From Octopus vulgaris (Eukaryota), in assembly GCA_951406725.2 (NCBI GenBank), contig OX597815.1, positions 134,602,001-134,666,000 on the forward strand: a DNA stretch of 64,000 bases, in the 5' to 3' direction. The position numbers and the translations under genes were made by a program. Below are positions 15,823-30,326 of the stretch, in pieces (the stretch's first letter is position 1; every line of letters begins with the position of its first letter). A model generated the notes under the pieces. It was not told where the DNA came from and searched no databases. It saw only the letters and a program-made list of their open reading frames with translations.

Positions 15823-17426
15823 TTTGATCTGTGTAATATTAAAGCCAAGTACAATAAGCTAACAACACAGAAATATATTCCACTCAACATTTATATCTTG
15901 GAATATCTGCATATTTTGCGTTCAAATCACACGTAGTTGATTATCATCTCTTCTGGGTCGATAAAATAAGGTGCCGGTTGAGTAATTGATCAGTTTAATC
16001 GACTATACCCAATACTAAAATTTGTGCCTGTTTTAGAAATTGATACTTATATTGTATTTTGCTGGTTTGTACAACTGAAAAGTTACCGGGTGTTATGAAA
16101 AGATAGTTGCCTGTCTTGATAGGAAAACTGGTGCATTGAAAAGTTTGTTCAAGGAAGGATTTAAACTCTGTTCTACAATTAACTGTGTACACGTAAGATG
16201 TGCGTTACTGATACATTACACCAATGTACAAGTGAAATGTGCATTACATCCTGATATGCGAGTTGTTTGCCAATAAGTAAGATATTTCCTATTTAGTGTT
16301 CTTTGAGATGGACAAAGACATTGCTACTAATATGAAATGATGTCATCATTTCGAACAACAGATTGTAAGTTTCTTAATGACTGGATTGTCTGTTGCTCTC
16401 TACGCAGAAGTGTCACAACGCTAGATAACTTCAGTGGTGCAGTGAAAAAGACACAGAGTTGACATGATTCGATAATAGCTGAATCAGTGCTTAGAGGATA
16501 TTTGGAAATGTGAACTTGTCGATCACGGATAAATTTTCGTGGCTGGTATCTGTGAAAAGTCCATTTTATGTAGTTATACGGTTCACACTCTCTGAGAAAT
16601 ACGCGAATGTATGTCATAGTCGTGAGTTATAAAGTTCAACAGTTGTTGATTTTAATTTATTCAACACACACACACGCGCGCGCGCGCACACACCCTGAAA
16701 ACACAACTGTGTTCCAGATTAGCCTTTTTATTAATTATTTCTTTTGGGTTTGTCAACGTTTCTAAACTCTTGGTCTTTTCACCTATATTATGTGGTTGTT
16801 AGTGTTTTTTGTTGTTGCTGCTATTGCATAGTGGAGTACTGCTTACAGCCACTTCATCCAGAATCTACAAATATTGATGAACTTAAGAACGTTTTCAAAT
16901 AATTAATAATGAAATATGAGAAATCTTTAATAAACGAAATTTCAACTCGAGCACTGTTGTATATCCAATATAACTTGTTTGGAATAAAAGCTGTTCCTCA
17001 CGCACTTTCGAATACACGCACACACACGTACATATATGCACAATTTACTGAGTGTTACATACACCATTTTGTACGACCTTAAATTTTCAATGAATTACAT
17101 CCATAATATAGAAAACACATTGAGAGCAAATGAGACAAAGCCAAAATCTTAAACAAGTATATGATTGAATGGGGGCATGCAATGAACAGTGTGTTTGAAC
17201 TTTGCTAGCATGTTTTGGCATTATTAAATTTCCTTATCAATTCTTATCAGATGTTAGAATGGATGGAAAAATACATGGAGATTCGGATTGAAAAATGTCC
17301 TTCACTGATTAGGCCACTCAAACATGACACAAGAAAATTTATTAGGTATGTCTCCTGCATGAATATTTAATAGTTAAGTGGGACCCAGCATACTTCATCT
17401 AGTGAGAAAACACACACACACACGCA

Positions 17427-17501
<75 letters not shown>

Positions 17502-17504
17502 ATG

Positions 17505-17612
<108 letters not shown>

Positions 17613-17757
17613 TATATACTGAACTCATTAGAATAGCAGCTTCACCAAGTGATTTTAACCCACGCTGGTGGAAAGGGGAGAACAGAAATTCTTCGCTTGC
17701 ATATTTGAGTTTGTTGGCACTGTTAGTTACGCTTTCATAAATAAACCAAGGAGTTTC

Positions 17758-17809
17758 TGAGCTGATGATAGAAGTGTCGTGTTGACTAATCTTGAAACGT
17801 ACGTTCTCA
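17758..17809 (+). ncRNA. Type I hammerhead ribozyme motif
   Basis: TGAG-CTGATGA-(imperfect helix II)-GAAAC-GTAC-GTT-CTCA. Helix I is TGAG/CTCA and helix III is the palindrome ACGTACGT. Confidence 0.7.
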
Positions 17810-18090
17810 AATAACCTTTGCATTTGATTTTTTGATGTCTTTACCCCAAACTTTCGTGATTTGAGTTAAGCAAACACTATATGAGAGAGGTTTTCTTTAA
17901 GTATTAGAAATAGTTTTAAAAAAGTTTTTTAGCTGCTATTTCTAATGAGTTCAGTATGCGGCAAAGTAATTTATTTTACTAAGCCCTTTTATATAATGTA
18001 ATAATTTGAATTCGCCTTAAATGGTCCCTTTGCATACTGAACACTTGGTGAAATTGATTAATAATTAATTAATTTTACCCTCAATTGTTG

Positions 18091-18155
<65 letters not shown>

Positions 18156-18157
<2 letters not shown>

Positions 18158-18444
18158 AGGCGCAATGGCCTAGTGGTTAGGGCAGCGGACTCGCGGTCGT
18201 AGGATCGCGGTTTCGATTCCCAGACCGGGCGTTGTTAGTGTTTATTGAGCGAAAACACATAAAAGCTCCACGAGGCTCCGGCAGGGGGTGGTGACCCCTG
18301 CTGTACTCTTTCACCACTCTTTCTCCCACTCTTTCTTCTGTTGGCCTGCTCGCTTAGCCAGCGGGGTGGCGTCATTCGAAGGCTAAAACAATGCGAACGC
18401 ATTGTGACCAGCGATGTGTAACTACATCCGATGGACTGGTCGGT

Positions 18445-18450
<6 letters not shown>
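18156..18450 (+). mobile_element. tRNA-derived SINE (family C)
   Basis: Head GGAGGCGCAATGGCCTAGTGGTTAGGGCAGCGG...GGTTTCGATTCC with A and B boxes. Related copies at 26297, 35640 and 53869. Flanked by (TA)n. Confidence 0.8.
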
Positions 18451-18521
<71 letters not shown>

Positions 18522-19070
18522 TAAATGTGTGTATATATATATAAGGTCTAGCAAGCACGATAGTCTTTGGTTTGCTGAGGAAGTCTAAAAAGACTGAAAC
18601 AAAGTCATAATTGCCTCATACGTACCACTGATGAAATTAAATCCTCGTTGCATATCCTGCCCAATTATTAATTCTGGAGTTTTCTCCTTTGACGTTTTTG
18701 ACGTGAGTTAACATTTACCCTAGTGATTTTTCTTTTTGTTTACTACAGATATAATTTCCATTAACCTTTTTTGATCACTATCTTACCCTCAACTTAACTA
18801 CTTTTTCTTTCGTCTTGCTAAGAAATACCCATAGGAATTTTGCCCATGCCATTATTCAATATTCTGTATTTCCTAATCAATACATACATACAAATTTACA
18901 CACAAACACACACGCATACATTTTTACGAGAAAGCCCCCCCCCAAAAAAAGAAAAAAATCTCGGTAACTCTTTCTTTCTCTCTCTTATGCATATGTGCAT
19001 GTATGTGTACGTGCGTTGTGTGCGTACATGTACGTAGTATGAATATATGTATATGCATGTATATTTATAC

Positions 19071-19129
<59 letters not shown>

Positions 19130-19440
19130 CAATTCAAAGAACAAACAATTAAAAAACAGAAAAAAAACAAAAAATCGAACGTGAGGACGTGCACAACCAA
19201 TATATTAATTTGACGCTTGGTGAAAGGAGAGAGTTGTTAACGTTTCGAGCATAGCTCTTCATCGGTGAATCGATTACATCGATCCCACTGCTCAACTGGT
19301 ACCCATTTGTCGACAGCAAAATGATGAAAGGCAAAGTTGACCTCGGCGAAAATATTTTATGAAAGAAATTTTACTTAAAAAAGTCTCTTTTCATTGCCTT
19401 TCCTCTGTATTTTGCTCTTTATACTTGTCCCCACTTTATA

Positions 19441-19489
<49 letters not shown>

Positions 19490-19734
19490 GTGCTTCTTTC
19501 AGTTTCCGTCGATAAATATAAAACTTTGGTCGGCTCAAAGCTACAGTAGAAGGTGCCACGCAGTGGGATTCAACCAGTAACCATGTGATTAGGAAGCAAG
19601 TTATATACCACACAGCCACGCCACATACAAGTTTGCGTATGTATATACATCCATCCATCCATCGATACATACATACATACATACATACATACATACATAC
19701 ATACATACATACATACATACATACATACATACAT

Positions 19735-21520
19735 ACAGGAACATTGTGCGCTCTAGGACTAACATATATTCTGCATTTGCGACTCCGTTGGTGTCTGATG
19801 AGCCCCACTCTTGACAAGCATACACGAATGCAAACATTGCAAACCAAGCTTTCCCCATTTACTACATCAGCAGTGCGCCTTCGAGTAGCACGCTTAAGTT
19901 CTTCATGCAGAATACGTGCTCTCTTAAAAGTGTCAACCCCCTTCCTTAACCTGCTTCCTCCATCTGTGGCGATGATTGGCATTGTTCTCCCAGTCAGTCT
20001 CCTGCATCTCACAGGCCTTTAATGAGGACTTGACACAGACTTTAAATCGTAGCCTTGGTTTCTACCGGGGTTTCTTTCCATTCACATGTTCCCCATATAG
20101 CATCTACTTAGGGATCCTGCTATCCTTCATTCAAATAAGGTGCCCAGTCCAACGTAACCGGTGCTTGTGCACCATCGCCTCAATACTCAAGATATCAGCT
20201 GTCCTCAGGACCTGTGTGTCTGGAGTTTTTAAGGACCAGCCAACATTCAGACTGTCTGAGACATCTCTGATAAAAGCGTTCAAGGACCCTTACATGACGT
20301 TTGTAAAGGGTCCATGTCTGACATGAGTAAAACATGCACAGTACACAGCAATTTTTGTTTGCTTTGTGATGCCATCCTGGGACTAGATACGATATTGAAA
20401 AGATCGGAAGCAATCAGTTGCTCTCGGCAGCCAGAAAGATATTTCATCATCCAGGGAGCAAGAACGGCTGAGTGTGCTCCCCAGGTAGACAAATTTGTCT
20501 ACCACATTCAGAATTATTCCTTCAACTAAGATAACTGGTTCCACATATGGGTTTCCTGGTGCAGGCTGGAACATTACAACAGTCTTGTCCAGGCTAATGC
20601 TGAGTTCAAATGCCTTGTAAGAAGCAGAAATACAATTCATAAGTATTTGCATGTCACCCACTGTATGAGTGACTAAGACACAGTCATCTGTATAAAGAAG
20701 GTCACGAATAAGAGACTGGGAAACTTTTGAAATGGCAGTAAATCGGCGCAGATTAAAGAGGCGGACAGAAGATCGATACCTGACATATATTCCCAGAGAG
20801 CTAACCTTAGTAAAAACATGAATAAAAGTACAAAGAAAAGAGAGTTGGGGCAATGGTGTCACTCTGCTTGACACCATTCTCTACAGGAATGAGTCCCGCC
20901 ATGCCACCATCAGCATTGACCCAAGCCTCCATCCCCATTGTAGATACAAAGTGATCCGGACATCGAAGTTTGCCAAGTATTTTCCATAGCAAGGCCCTAT
21001 TAACAGCATCAAAGGCCTTCATTAAATCAATGAATACCTGAACAAGATCCATATTCTGCTCATAGCACTTCTCCTGCATATATCTTGTGAAGATCATATC
21101 CATTGTCCCTCTATCAGATCGGAGGCCACATTGAGATTCAGATAGGACATCATTTATGAGACACCCATTCAGGCGGGTAAGAAGAATCTTTGCCAGAACC
21201 TTGCCAGCAACTGATAGTAGAGCAATACCTCTGTAGTTACCTAACATTGTTTTAGCTCCTTTTCCTTTATAGAGAGGAAGAATAATTGCATCCTTCCAGT
21301 CCTTAGGCATTGTACCATCCCTCCAGACTGCACTAATGAGTTCATGAAGGGACTGTATGATGTAATCACCACCAAATCGCAAGACCTCAGCACAAATTCC
21401 ATCCTTTCCAGGTGCCCTACCAAGATTCAATTTACTTATTGATATTATTACCTCATTTATAGAGGGCGTAGAATTTAAGGAGCCAATGATAGGTCTTTGT
21501 TGCATAGTATCAAACATGGG
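19735..21520 (-). mobile_element. RTE/BovB-like LINE RT fragment, degenerate
   Basis: GRAPGKDGI, NYRGIALLSVAGKVLAKILL, ESQCG, FIDLMKAFD, LFNLRRF, LLYTDD, FVYLGSTLS and C-terminal CNVCIRVCLSRVGLIRHQR. (TATG)n tail. Confidence 0.9.
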
Positions 21521-22275
21521 CCGCCTACGTGCAGGTCGCTGACTACATGCTACCAACCCGTCAGATCTGCATGCTTCACCACCTTCCCATAGCCGCAGGA
21601 CTTCCGAAAAATATATATATACTAACAATAGATAAATAAATATATACTAAAAATAAAGATACATATATACTGAAAATAAAATAAATATATATATAGGGAA
21701 CAAAAAAAAGCAGCACATATCGAGCAGAGGTCAGCAATGCCTGTGCAGAGTTTTACTTTCCAATGAGTCTTGCACGACACCTCATAGACTCTCTCCACTT
21801 TATTGACATTATCCAGAGATAAGTCGAAGCAAGATATCTGGTGCCAATAAGAGTCGCAGGCTGTGGGAGCGCCATGATCTCTAGCACAAACCAAAGATCC
21901 CCAAATTGTCCAATGCCATTCCCTGCATATCTGGTTTTATATCAGAGTGACTTTCTCCTAGAGACATGCTTCAACAGAAGCTGAGGGGTGCCGCACTCCC
22001 AGTGGTCTTTCAGTACACAGGACAACATCTCGGAATTTCCGAGTACCCGTGCTATTGCTAGATAGCCGTTTATCCGAAATCTAACATTTGCCGACTAGGT
22101 TTTTAATCCTGCTGGGTTTCTAGCAACCCTCCTCACCATGATATCCTGGCGGGTGTGCCAGTTTAGTCGCCAACAACCCGTCAATGCAACAGGGTGTACT
22201 GGATTCCATGTTACCAGTAGCACTTATGAGAGCCTCATAAGTGACCTGACACACACACAAACACACACACACACA

Positions 22276-22312
<37 letters not shown>

Positions 22313-22489
22313 ACACGCACACATACACACACATACATTCGTACAATTTTCGTTTTTGCGTAATTTGGACGACAATCTATTCACTGCACCCTATATATAT
22401 ATACATATACACACACATACATAAATATATGTATATGTATATGTATATATACATACACACATTTATATACATATACATACATACATGAA

Positions 22490-22526
<37 letters not shown>

Positions 22527-22664
22527 TCGATAACATAGGGACTAAAGCCATCTGTGTGTGTGTGTGTGTTGCATTTAGCCCCAGGCGACATCGACGTACG
22601 GTATATATGTTCGCCTGGCTAATGTACACCACCTTTCCTAGCCTATTCAGATGGCTGTCCTATT

Positions 22665-22698
<34 letters not shown>

Positions 22699-23269
22699 AT
22701 ATGTATATATACATATATACATATATATATACACAAATGTGCCTATCGATTTGCTTATCCCTTTATGTATGTGTCTAAGTTTGTAAATGTGAATATGATA
22801 ACCATATCTTTCTTACGAAAGCAAGCACAGCCACACACACACACACACACACTGACACATACAGACACACTCACACACACTACACCATACACACGCTACA
22901 TCGTATCTATACACACACACACACACACACACATATTCATTTGCAGACATGCGTATATGTGTGTTCGTGTGTGTGTGTGTGCATCGGTGTATGTATATAC
23001 ATATATGTATAGACACACATACATAAATAGAAGTACGTAACCAAACTTCACACATTAGACGCATTCAGTGTGGAAGTTTATTGTTTGTGTATTGAAGCAC
23101 CAGGTGACCGATAGACAGTTGACTCAAAGAACTTCGCTTAACAATGAAATGGTATGAACAGTCGGAGACAATAATAATAAAAAATGAAATATAGACATAT
23201 ACTAGCACACACACATACACACACACAGAGACACAGACACACATACACACACACACACAGACACACACA

Positions 23270-23312
<43 letters not shown>

Positions 23313-23638
23313 GCACTCTCTCTTTCTCTCTCTCTCATGAAGACGTGTGCGTACATGTATGCGTTTGTATATGCATGCATACACTCATGCGTAGATATGT
23401 GGAAATATCTATCTATCTATCTATCTTTGTGTATATAAATATGTATGTGTATATACATGTGTGTGTGTTAGTATGTGTGTGTGTGTGTCGGCATACGCTA
23501 GTATATATATCTATATCCATATCTATATCTCTATATTATCTATATTTATATCTATATCTATATCTATATCTATAACTATATCAATATCTATATCTATATC
23601 TATCTATCTAGAAACATATCTATCTATCTATCTATCTA

Positions 23639-23721
<83 letters not shown>

Positions 23722-25119
23722 GTACATATACATATATTTATATTTATATTTACATATAAAAGAAAAAAACAAACGAATGTGAGGACGTAGCATAAGGAAT
23801 GTATTGATATGACATTCGGTGAAGCACGCACACACACACACACACACACACAGGCACACACCTATATATGTATGTATGTATTTAGTGTATGCACGAAACA
23901 GTAGAAATGAAAATAACTGTCTGAACATACATAGTATATGTGCTAACAAACGTGTATCGGCATTAGCCACGCGATTTAGTTTTGGAGAAAAGCTTACAAA
24001 CTTTTGGGTGTTATAAATATAACATGCTGGAATAACAACTTGTTAGACACCAGTATTTCAATGTGGCTTCGTCTCCTCAGTGATAGATGCTATCCCCCAA
24101 CACAATAATCTCGTGTTAGCTAGGGACATCAGTTCTGTATGCCAAGCATGAAACAAAACATTTGCTGATGTGTGTGTGTGGTAGCTTCTTAGACTATTTA
24201 AATCAGTATAGTGATTGAAATAGCAAAGATCAAAATAGCATATATACACAATAAGATCAAACACATATATACACAATAGTGTTTGCTGTGGACGTTTGTT
24301 CTTATAGACACATAGTTCGTATAGAAGTTGAAAGAAATCCAAACAAAATGTGGACAATTATGTTCTGGAAAAGAATCCGCAATAGAACGAATTTAATATA
24401 GAAAGAACCACTTAATTCGATCTACTCGATCTTGAAAAGGCAAATTTTATGGAGAAAGTTAAGATAAAGTGCAATTGACAGAGCATCAGGGAGAAAACTA
24501 TGCTAAATGAGTTCAAGTATTTTGGGGAGCTTCTCATTGATCACGCAAAATTAAAACGAGACGTAAGGAGAGGAAGCCCCGGGGATGTCAATAATCCTTC
24601 CAAATGATCAAGTTCTAATCAAGTTAGTCTTTCTATGACTGGTCTTGTTGACTACTCAAGATTACAAGAATCAAAGCAAGCTAATTATCACCGCCTGAAA
24701 GAATATATACCTGTCAATCATGCAATAAGCGTTGTTTTTCTATTGGTGGTTTGAGAGAAACATGTCTACACTCCTAGGCTTATTGTCATGATTCTTTTTT
24801 TCTTGGATTTGTCTGAGAAAAGACATATTTGTAACAGCTGTGGAAAAAGCTCTCAGTCAGCTAGGCCAGAAAGTTTTCGTTTAGCAGCTCTTTAAGAAGC
24901 AGCGGTCATTATCATTGAGAACGGTAATGACCCCTGCTTGTTAATAAGCCTATTGCCAATACAGGTTCACAGGCATGCGCGCGCACACACACAAATATAT
25001 ATATATATATATATATATACATACATACATTATATAAATATATATATATATATATATATACACATACATACATTATATAAATATAAATATAAATATAATA
25101 TCCCTTCTGTGGATCCCTT

Positions 25120-25714
25120 CACTGGATCTTTCCTTTTCCTATGTTTCTGACGAAGATCTCCGCTCGAAACGTTAAATCCTCCTTCTTCCCTTCCTTTCTG
25201 AGCGTCCAATAATACTATATTTGTTCCATGTCCTCGCGTTGTTGTGTTTTCTCTTTGTGTTTTCATGTTTGGATTAACTTGATTCAAAATGTGACCGCGT
25301 GTGTACTGTTGGCGATTTTTTTCCCTCCGTCTTCCCTTCTCTGGATCTTTCCTTTTCCTATGTTTCTGACGAAGAGCTCCGCTCGAAACGTTAAATCCTC
25401 CTTCTTCCCTTCCTTTCTGAGCGTCCAATAATACTATATTTGTTCCATGTCCTCGCGTTGTTGTATTTTCTCTTTGTGTTTTCATGTTTGGATTAACTTG
25501 ATTCAAAATGTGACCGCGTGTGTACTGTTGGCGATTTTTTTCCCTCCGTCTTCCCTTTTCTGGATTTTTCCTTTTCCTATGTTTCTGACGAAGAGATCCG
25601 CTCGAAACGTTAAATCCTCCTTCTTCCCTTCCTTCCTGAGCGTCCAATAATACTATATTTGTTCCACGTCCTCGCGCTGTTGTGTTTTCTCTTTGTGTTT
25701 TCATGTTTGGATTA

Positions 25715-25718
<4 letters not shown>
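25120..25718 (+). repeat. Tandem array of 219-bp units (~2.7 copies), each carrying a minimal type I hammerhead (retrozyme-like)
   Basis: CTGACGA at 25147, 25366 and 25585 (219-bp period). The unit end GGATTAACTT falls at 25280, 25499 and 25718. Flanked by TA-rich microsatellite. Confidence 0.9.
25362..25396 (+). ncRNA. Minimal type I hammerhead motif (best copy of the array)
   Basis: GTTT-CTGACGA-A-GAGC(TCC)GCTC-GAAAC-GTT-AAAT. Confidence 0.7.
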
Positions 25719-25760
<42 letters not shown>

Positions 25761-26948
25761 CTTAACACACTTAAAGGATCAATGATAAGGAGTGAAGTTA
25801 AGGAAAAAAATAGGATACATAATAATGTGTGTGGAGATTAATGTAACAACATAAACAGAAAGATAACTCATAGAAACATAAAAATAGTTAACCACAATAG
25901 TAATTATCTAAGTAAAGGTTTCTACATGGCTATATGATTGTAATTTAATAGGAATTTGAGTGAAAAGAACAATAATATTAATGTGTTTATATTAAAGGAA
26001 CTGATGTACATAGATAGAAAGAAAGTAGATCAGAATTGATTTTTTTCTGTATGATACTGTATGTATGTACAACATAAGAAATATAGGTACTTGTAAAGTA
26101 ATCAAATTGTACTAATATGGTTCCTTATCGGCAAACAGATTTAATGCGTGAAGAAAATATCTTTCTGGGATGGTTTTAACATAAATGTTTCTGTGAAAGC
26201 AAATATAAATTCTATAAGAATGGCAAGTGTGATCTGAATTAAGATTGTGTACTTTATAGATGAGTATGTGTTAAAGCAATCGTTAGGTAGAGATAAGGTG
26301 AAGACGCGTGGCGTATTGATTAGGGAGTTGCACTCATGATCGTAAGTTGTGGTTTCGATTCCTGGACCGGGCGATGTATTGTGTTCTTGAGCAAAACACT
26401 TCATTTCACGTTGCTCCAGTCCACTTAGCTGGCAAAAATTAGCAATCTTGCGACGAACCAGTGAGAAAGGAAATAAATACGCCGCAAAACCCGGCCTTAT
26501 GAGCCTTTGATCCTTTTTTAGTCACATATGTAGCTGTGACTGAAAGTGGTCGTTAAGTAGTTATTAAATTTTGGATGCTGTAATGGGTGAATAACGATGG
26601 AAATTCGCGCAGTTCAATGTAAGATTTAAGAATTGTAGTGAAGCAGTGCTAATAAATTAAACAGACAGCTAACATTGAAGTCCAATATTGTGATATTTTG
26701 AAGTATATAATACTGAAAGACGTCTGTATTATTAGAAAAATGTGGGGTGGGGTTAAAGGAAAATGAAGTAAGCTAAAGTAAATAAGGAGAAATAAATGAA
26801 AAAGAATAATAAGGTTATAATATTTAAGCAACGAGTAAGTTAGGACTGCGTAATTTAAATATAAACGTAATCAGACATATACATACAAGTAAATATGCGT
26901 AAAGTGAATTAATGTATATATTTGTATATATGTATACAGTTTATTTCA

Positions 26949-27795
26949 AGTTTATTTCAAGATTTCTTGCCGATAGTGAAAGACCCAGTTTCTAACCTAG
27001 ATCCAAGGCTCCTTCATTGGAATTTCAACATCAACAACAGGGTATGTATGTATGTATGTATGTATGTATGTATGTATGTATGTATGTATGTATGTATGTA
27101 TGTATGTATGTATGTATGTATGTGCAGATTTGTATGTTTTATGTATGTATTCTCATGCATATAATTGCATATCTAGATATATATTTAGTTTATTTCAAGA
27201 TTTCTTGCCGATAGTGAAAGACCCAGTTTCTAACCTAGATCCAAGGCTCCTTCATTGGAATTTCAACATCAACAACAGGGTATGTATGTATGTATGTATG
27301 TATGTATGTATGTATGTATGTATGTATGTATGTATGTATGTATGTATGTATGTGCAGATTTGTATGTTTTATGTATGTATTCTCATGCATATAATTGCAT
27401 ATCTAGATATATATTTAAATGATAAACTTCTGGAAAGTTTTACAGATTTTTTCAGTTCCAGTGATGGACTGGATCGGTAGTTTCTCTTCTCTATCCCAAA
27501 TCATTATATCAGGTCTGTTGTGCTTACATTTTGTTGAGGTCTTCACTGGTACATGCCACCAGTATTCCTTTGCATTATGAGTGGGTATGGCTACTACCAT
27601 CTTGTGGTTTTTTATTTCTTTGTCTTGGGGATTATCCTTCCGGCGGACTTCCTTACAGAGTGTCCTAGCTACAACATCATGTTTCATCGGTAGATAATAC
27701 TGTGATGGCATTTTTGAACAATTTCTTATGATGTGGATGTTATTTTCCACAAAGTCTGCTTATGATGTGGATGTTATTTTCCACAAAGTCTGCTT
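26949..27795 (-). mobile_element. R4/Dong-type 3' fragment with tandemly duplicated 3' UTR
   Basis: Minus-strand peptide HIIRNCSKM...KHDVVA...EYWWHVPVKTSTKCKHNRPDIMIWD. The ~235-bp downstream segment is duplicated (26949-27186 and 27187-27417). Confidence 0.75.
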
Positions 27796-27812
27796 CGGTT
27801 GTTATGTATGTG

Positions 27813-27844
<32 letters not shown>

Positions 27845-28050
27845 TGTATGTATGTATGTATGTATGTATGTATGTATGTATGTATGTATGTATGTATGTA
27901 TGTATGCGTGTATTTTTCGACCATTTAGTTTTGAGTCCGTGTCCGCTTTGCAACACCGTGGTTAAGTGTATAACCTCTAGCTAACTAATGTCATGTCACT
28001 GAAATAGGTAAACTGAAAATTGAATGGAAGCTCGTCATGTGTGTGTGTTT

Positions 28051-28109
<59 letters not shown>

Positions 28110-28339
28110 AAAGAGTAGGGGAGAGGAAGTAAGGAAAGAGAGAGAGAGAGTGAAAGAGTGGGAGTGCTATACTCCTCATCACTAAGCCATGCACCATCAC
28201 ACATACACACACACAAACACACACACAACTTTTGGCAAGTGATAAAGGAGGAATAAGGGAAAATGATATTACTGTCTGTGCACAATAATATAAGACTCAG
28301 TAGTATTGCTTAAATGGATGCACTAAATCAATATCCACG

Positions 28340-28930
28340 CAATTGTACCACCTAAAAGAATGCGAAACATAATGCAATGTAAAAACAACTGTACAGCTTA
28401 CTACACTGATAAATCATACTAGTAAAATCGTACTTAAGATCATTGCTGACAGAATTAAAGCAAAATGCGAAATGAAAATAACGAAGTTGGTTTTAGAACT
28501 GGAAAAAGGACAGGGTAAGCTTTTCTTAATCTTAAAACGAATATTCAGAAAACTAGAGAGTGTTATAAAAATTATTTATTGTTTTTATTGACAATCAACA
28601 AGCTTTTGACAAGTTATTCATGATAAGTTATGGTCAGTGACGCTAGAATTGGGATTTCTTCAGCATTTTATTGAAATATTAAAATCATTTTATCTTCAGA
28701 AAATATAACCATCAAAACAGATGTTTCACAGGGTTGTTTGAAACAGGGTATCGGACACGGCGAAGATAATACTCATTCTCATTCTTTGCATAACATCCTT
28801 GCAGAAAGTATAATGCAGGAATATCTTGATGGTTTTAATAGTACAATGAACATCGAAGGTAGAATGGTCACTAGTCTCGAATATGCCGAACCAGACTATC
28901 ATCATTGTTGGTAGCGTAGAAGAATTGAGG
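28340..28930 (+). pseudogene. Highly decayed RTE-like RT fragment
   Basis: Residual LINHTSKIVLKII, GFRTGK and FID..QAFD motifs in mixed frames. Confidence 0.55.
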
Positions 28931-29232
28931 ATTTGGATGTAGAAAATGAAAGAAAAAAGGGAATATATTTTATCTATTGATTTTTGACGAAATTGAATTA
29001 TTACTATCTCAGGAATATATTATCAAGATAATCCAATAGTATTTGATAAGCATGCTGTCAACGTGATGATTGAGTTTTGCTGGCCTGAAAGTTTTATTTC
29101 ATATCAATGTGGCGATAGAGAAATGGAGATGTCGAGTTATCAGATAAAACTGACTGTGGATTTGTCGTAGTAGTCAACAAATCTAACGTTACTGTAGTAA
29201 ATATAAATATCACTTATAACTTCAGGTTAGAC

Positions 29233-29298
<66 letters not shown>

Positions 29299-30326
29299 TA
29301 AAATTCGCTGTGTCTTAATGACCTAGTTGTGAGAAGAAGCTAGTAGTGTAAACAGAACGGTAGATGCAATATACAATCATAGTGGCGTTCGGCATGTATG
29401 TTGAAGGTACCGACATTTCACTAGCCAGGTTATAGGACAGTTTAAATATGATAAAAAGGTGTGTTTTTGACAGCAAGGTGAAACTATCAGTGGAAATGAA
29501 TTAAAGAAGTCATGTTCATCTTAAGAATGTTCTTTCGTTTCTTCATACTGGGTTGACTGTATTTTCTTGTGTTGAAGAAGACTTGAGTATAACTTCATAA
29601 AGACGAAGTAATGTGATGTTATGCAGCACGCATAACACTTCCTTATAATCATACGATGAGAGTTCGTACAGATAATATCAAGAGAAGAAGGATTAGATTT
29701 AACACCAATCATTTATTTACAGGAAGTAAAAATATATACAATGAATTTATCACAAGATAATAGCGACAGGAAAAATTGCAGTACTTATTATAATAAAGAA
29801 AAACACATTTTAAAAGAATCTGTTGCGAGAATGACGACAGGAAAAATTTTCTTAGCTAGTTCCTCAAAACTACTCTAAAAAGGTTGAGAAAAGCATGACA
29901 TAAGGTCATTAAGGATGAACAATGCAAAATAGCATTGCCAGAATGAGTGACGAGGTTCCGTGTGGCAACCGAGTGTCACTGAATAATTTCCCCAAAAATC
30001 AGGGTTTTTACGACAGCTGTAAACTCGATTCTAAGAACCTTTCTCCGTAGAAAAGAAACTTTTCATGAAGATTAGAATCGATGTATGGACAGTAAAATTG
30101 ACCAATGAAAAAGCGTAATTCAGTTATAAACAAAAGACAGCAGACACAACTATGACGTCATGCTGCTGCTAAACTTTTATAACCGCTGCATATTTAAAAG
30201 GTCAAAAATTCTTCAGGGCAAAAATTGACAAAAATTCCATTTCCATGCGTTTGTCAAAGCATGCTGCTATTTCAATTGAGAAGCAACTCTCCATCCATTA
30301 GAATGGAAATGGATTTTTGTCAATTT

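Noticed and set aside
18156-18230. tRNA-like sequence
   Set aside because: It continues into a SINE body and recurs at 53869, so it is a SINE head rather than a tRNA gene.
18571-18612. CTGAGGA-AGTCT/AGACT-GAAAC-AAA-GTC hammerhead-like motif
   Set aside because: Core and helix II are present but helix I does not pair. At best a decayed copy.
24042-24084. Minus-strand CTGAGGA..GAAATACTGGTGTC motif
   Set aside because: Helices I and II are mismatched, too degenerate to call.
25120-25718. CRISPR-like interpretation of the regularly spaced repeats
   Set aside because: Whole units are repeated with no unique spacers, the context is eukaryotic, and there are no cas genes.
25030-25755. 241-aa repetitive ORF on the minus strand
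   Set aside because: It is the antisense reading of the 219-bp (73-codon) hammerhead array, starts in a microsatellite and has no protein motif.
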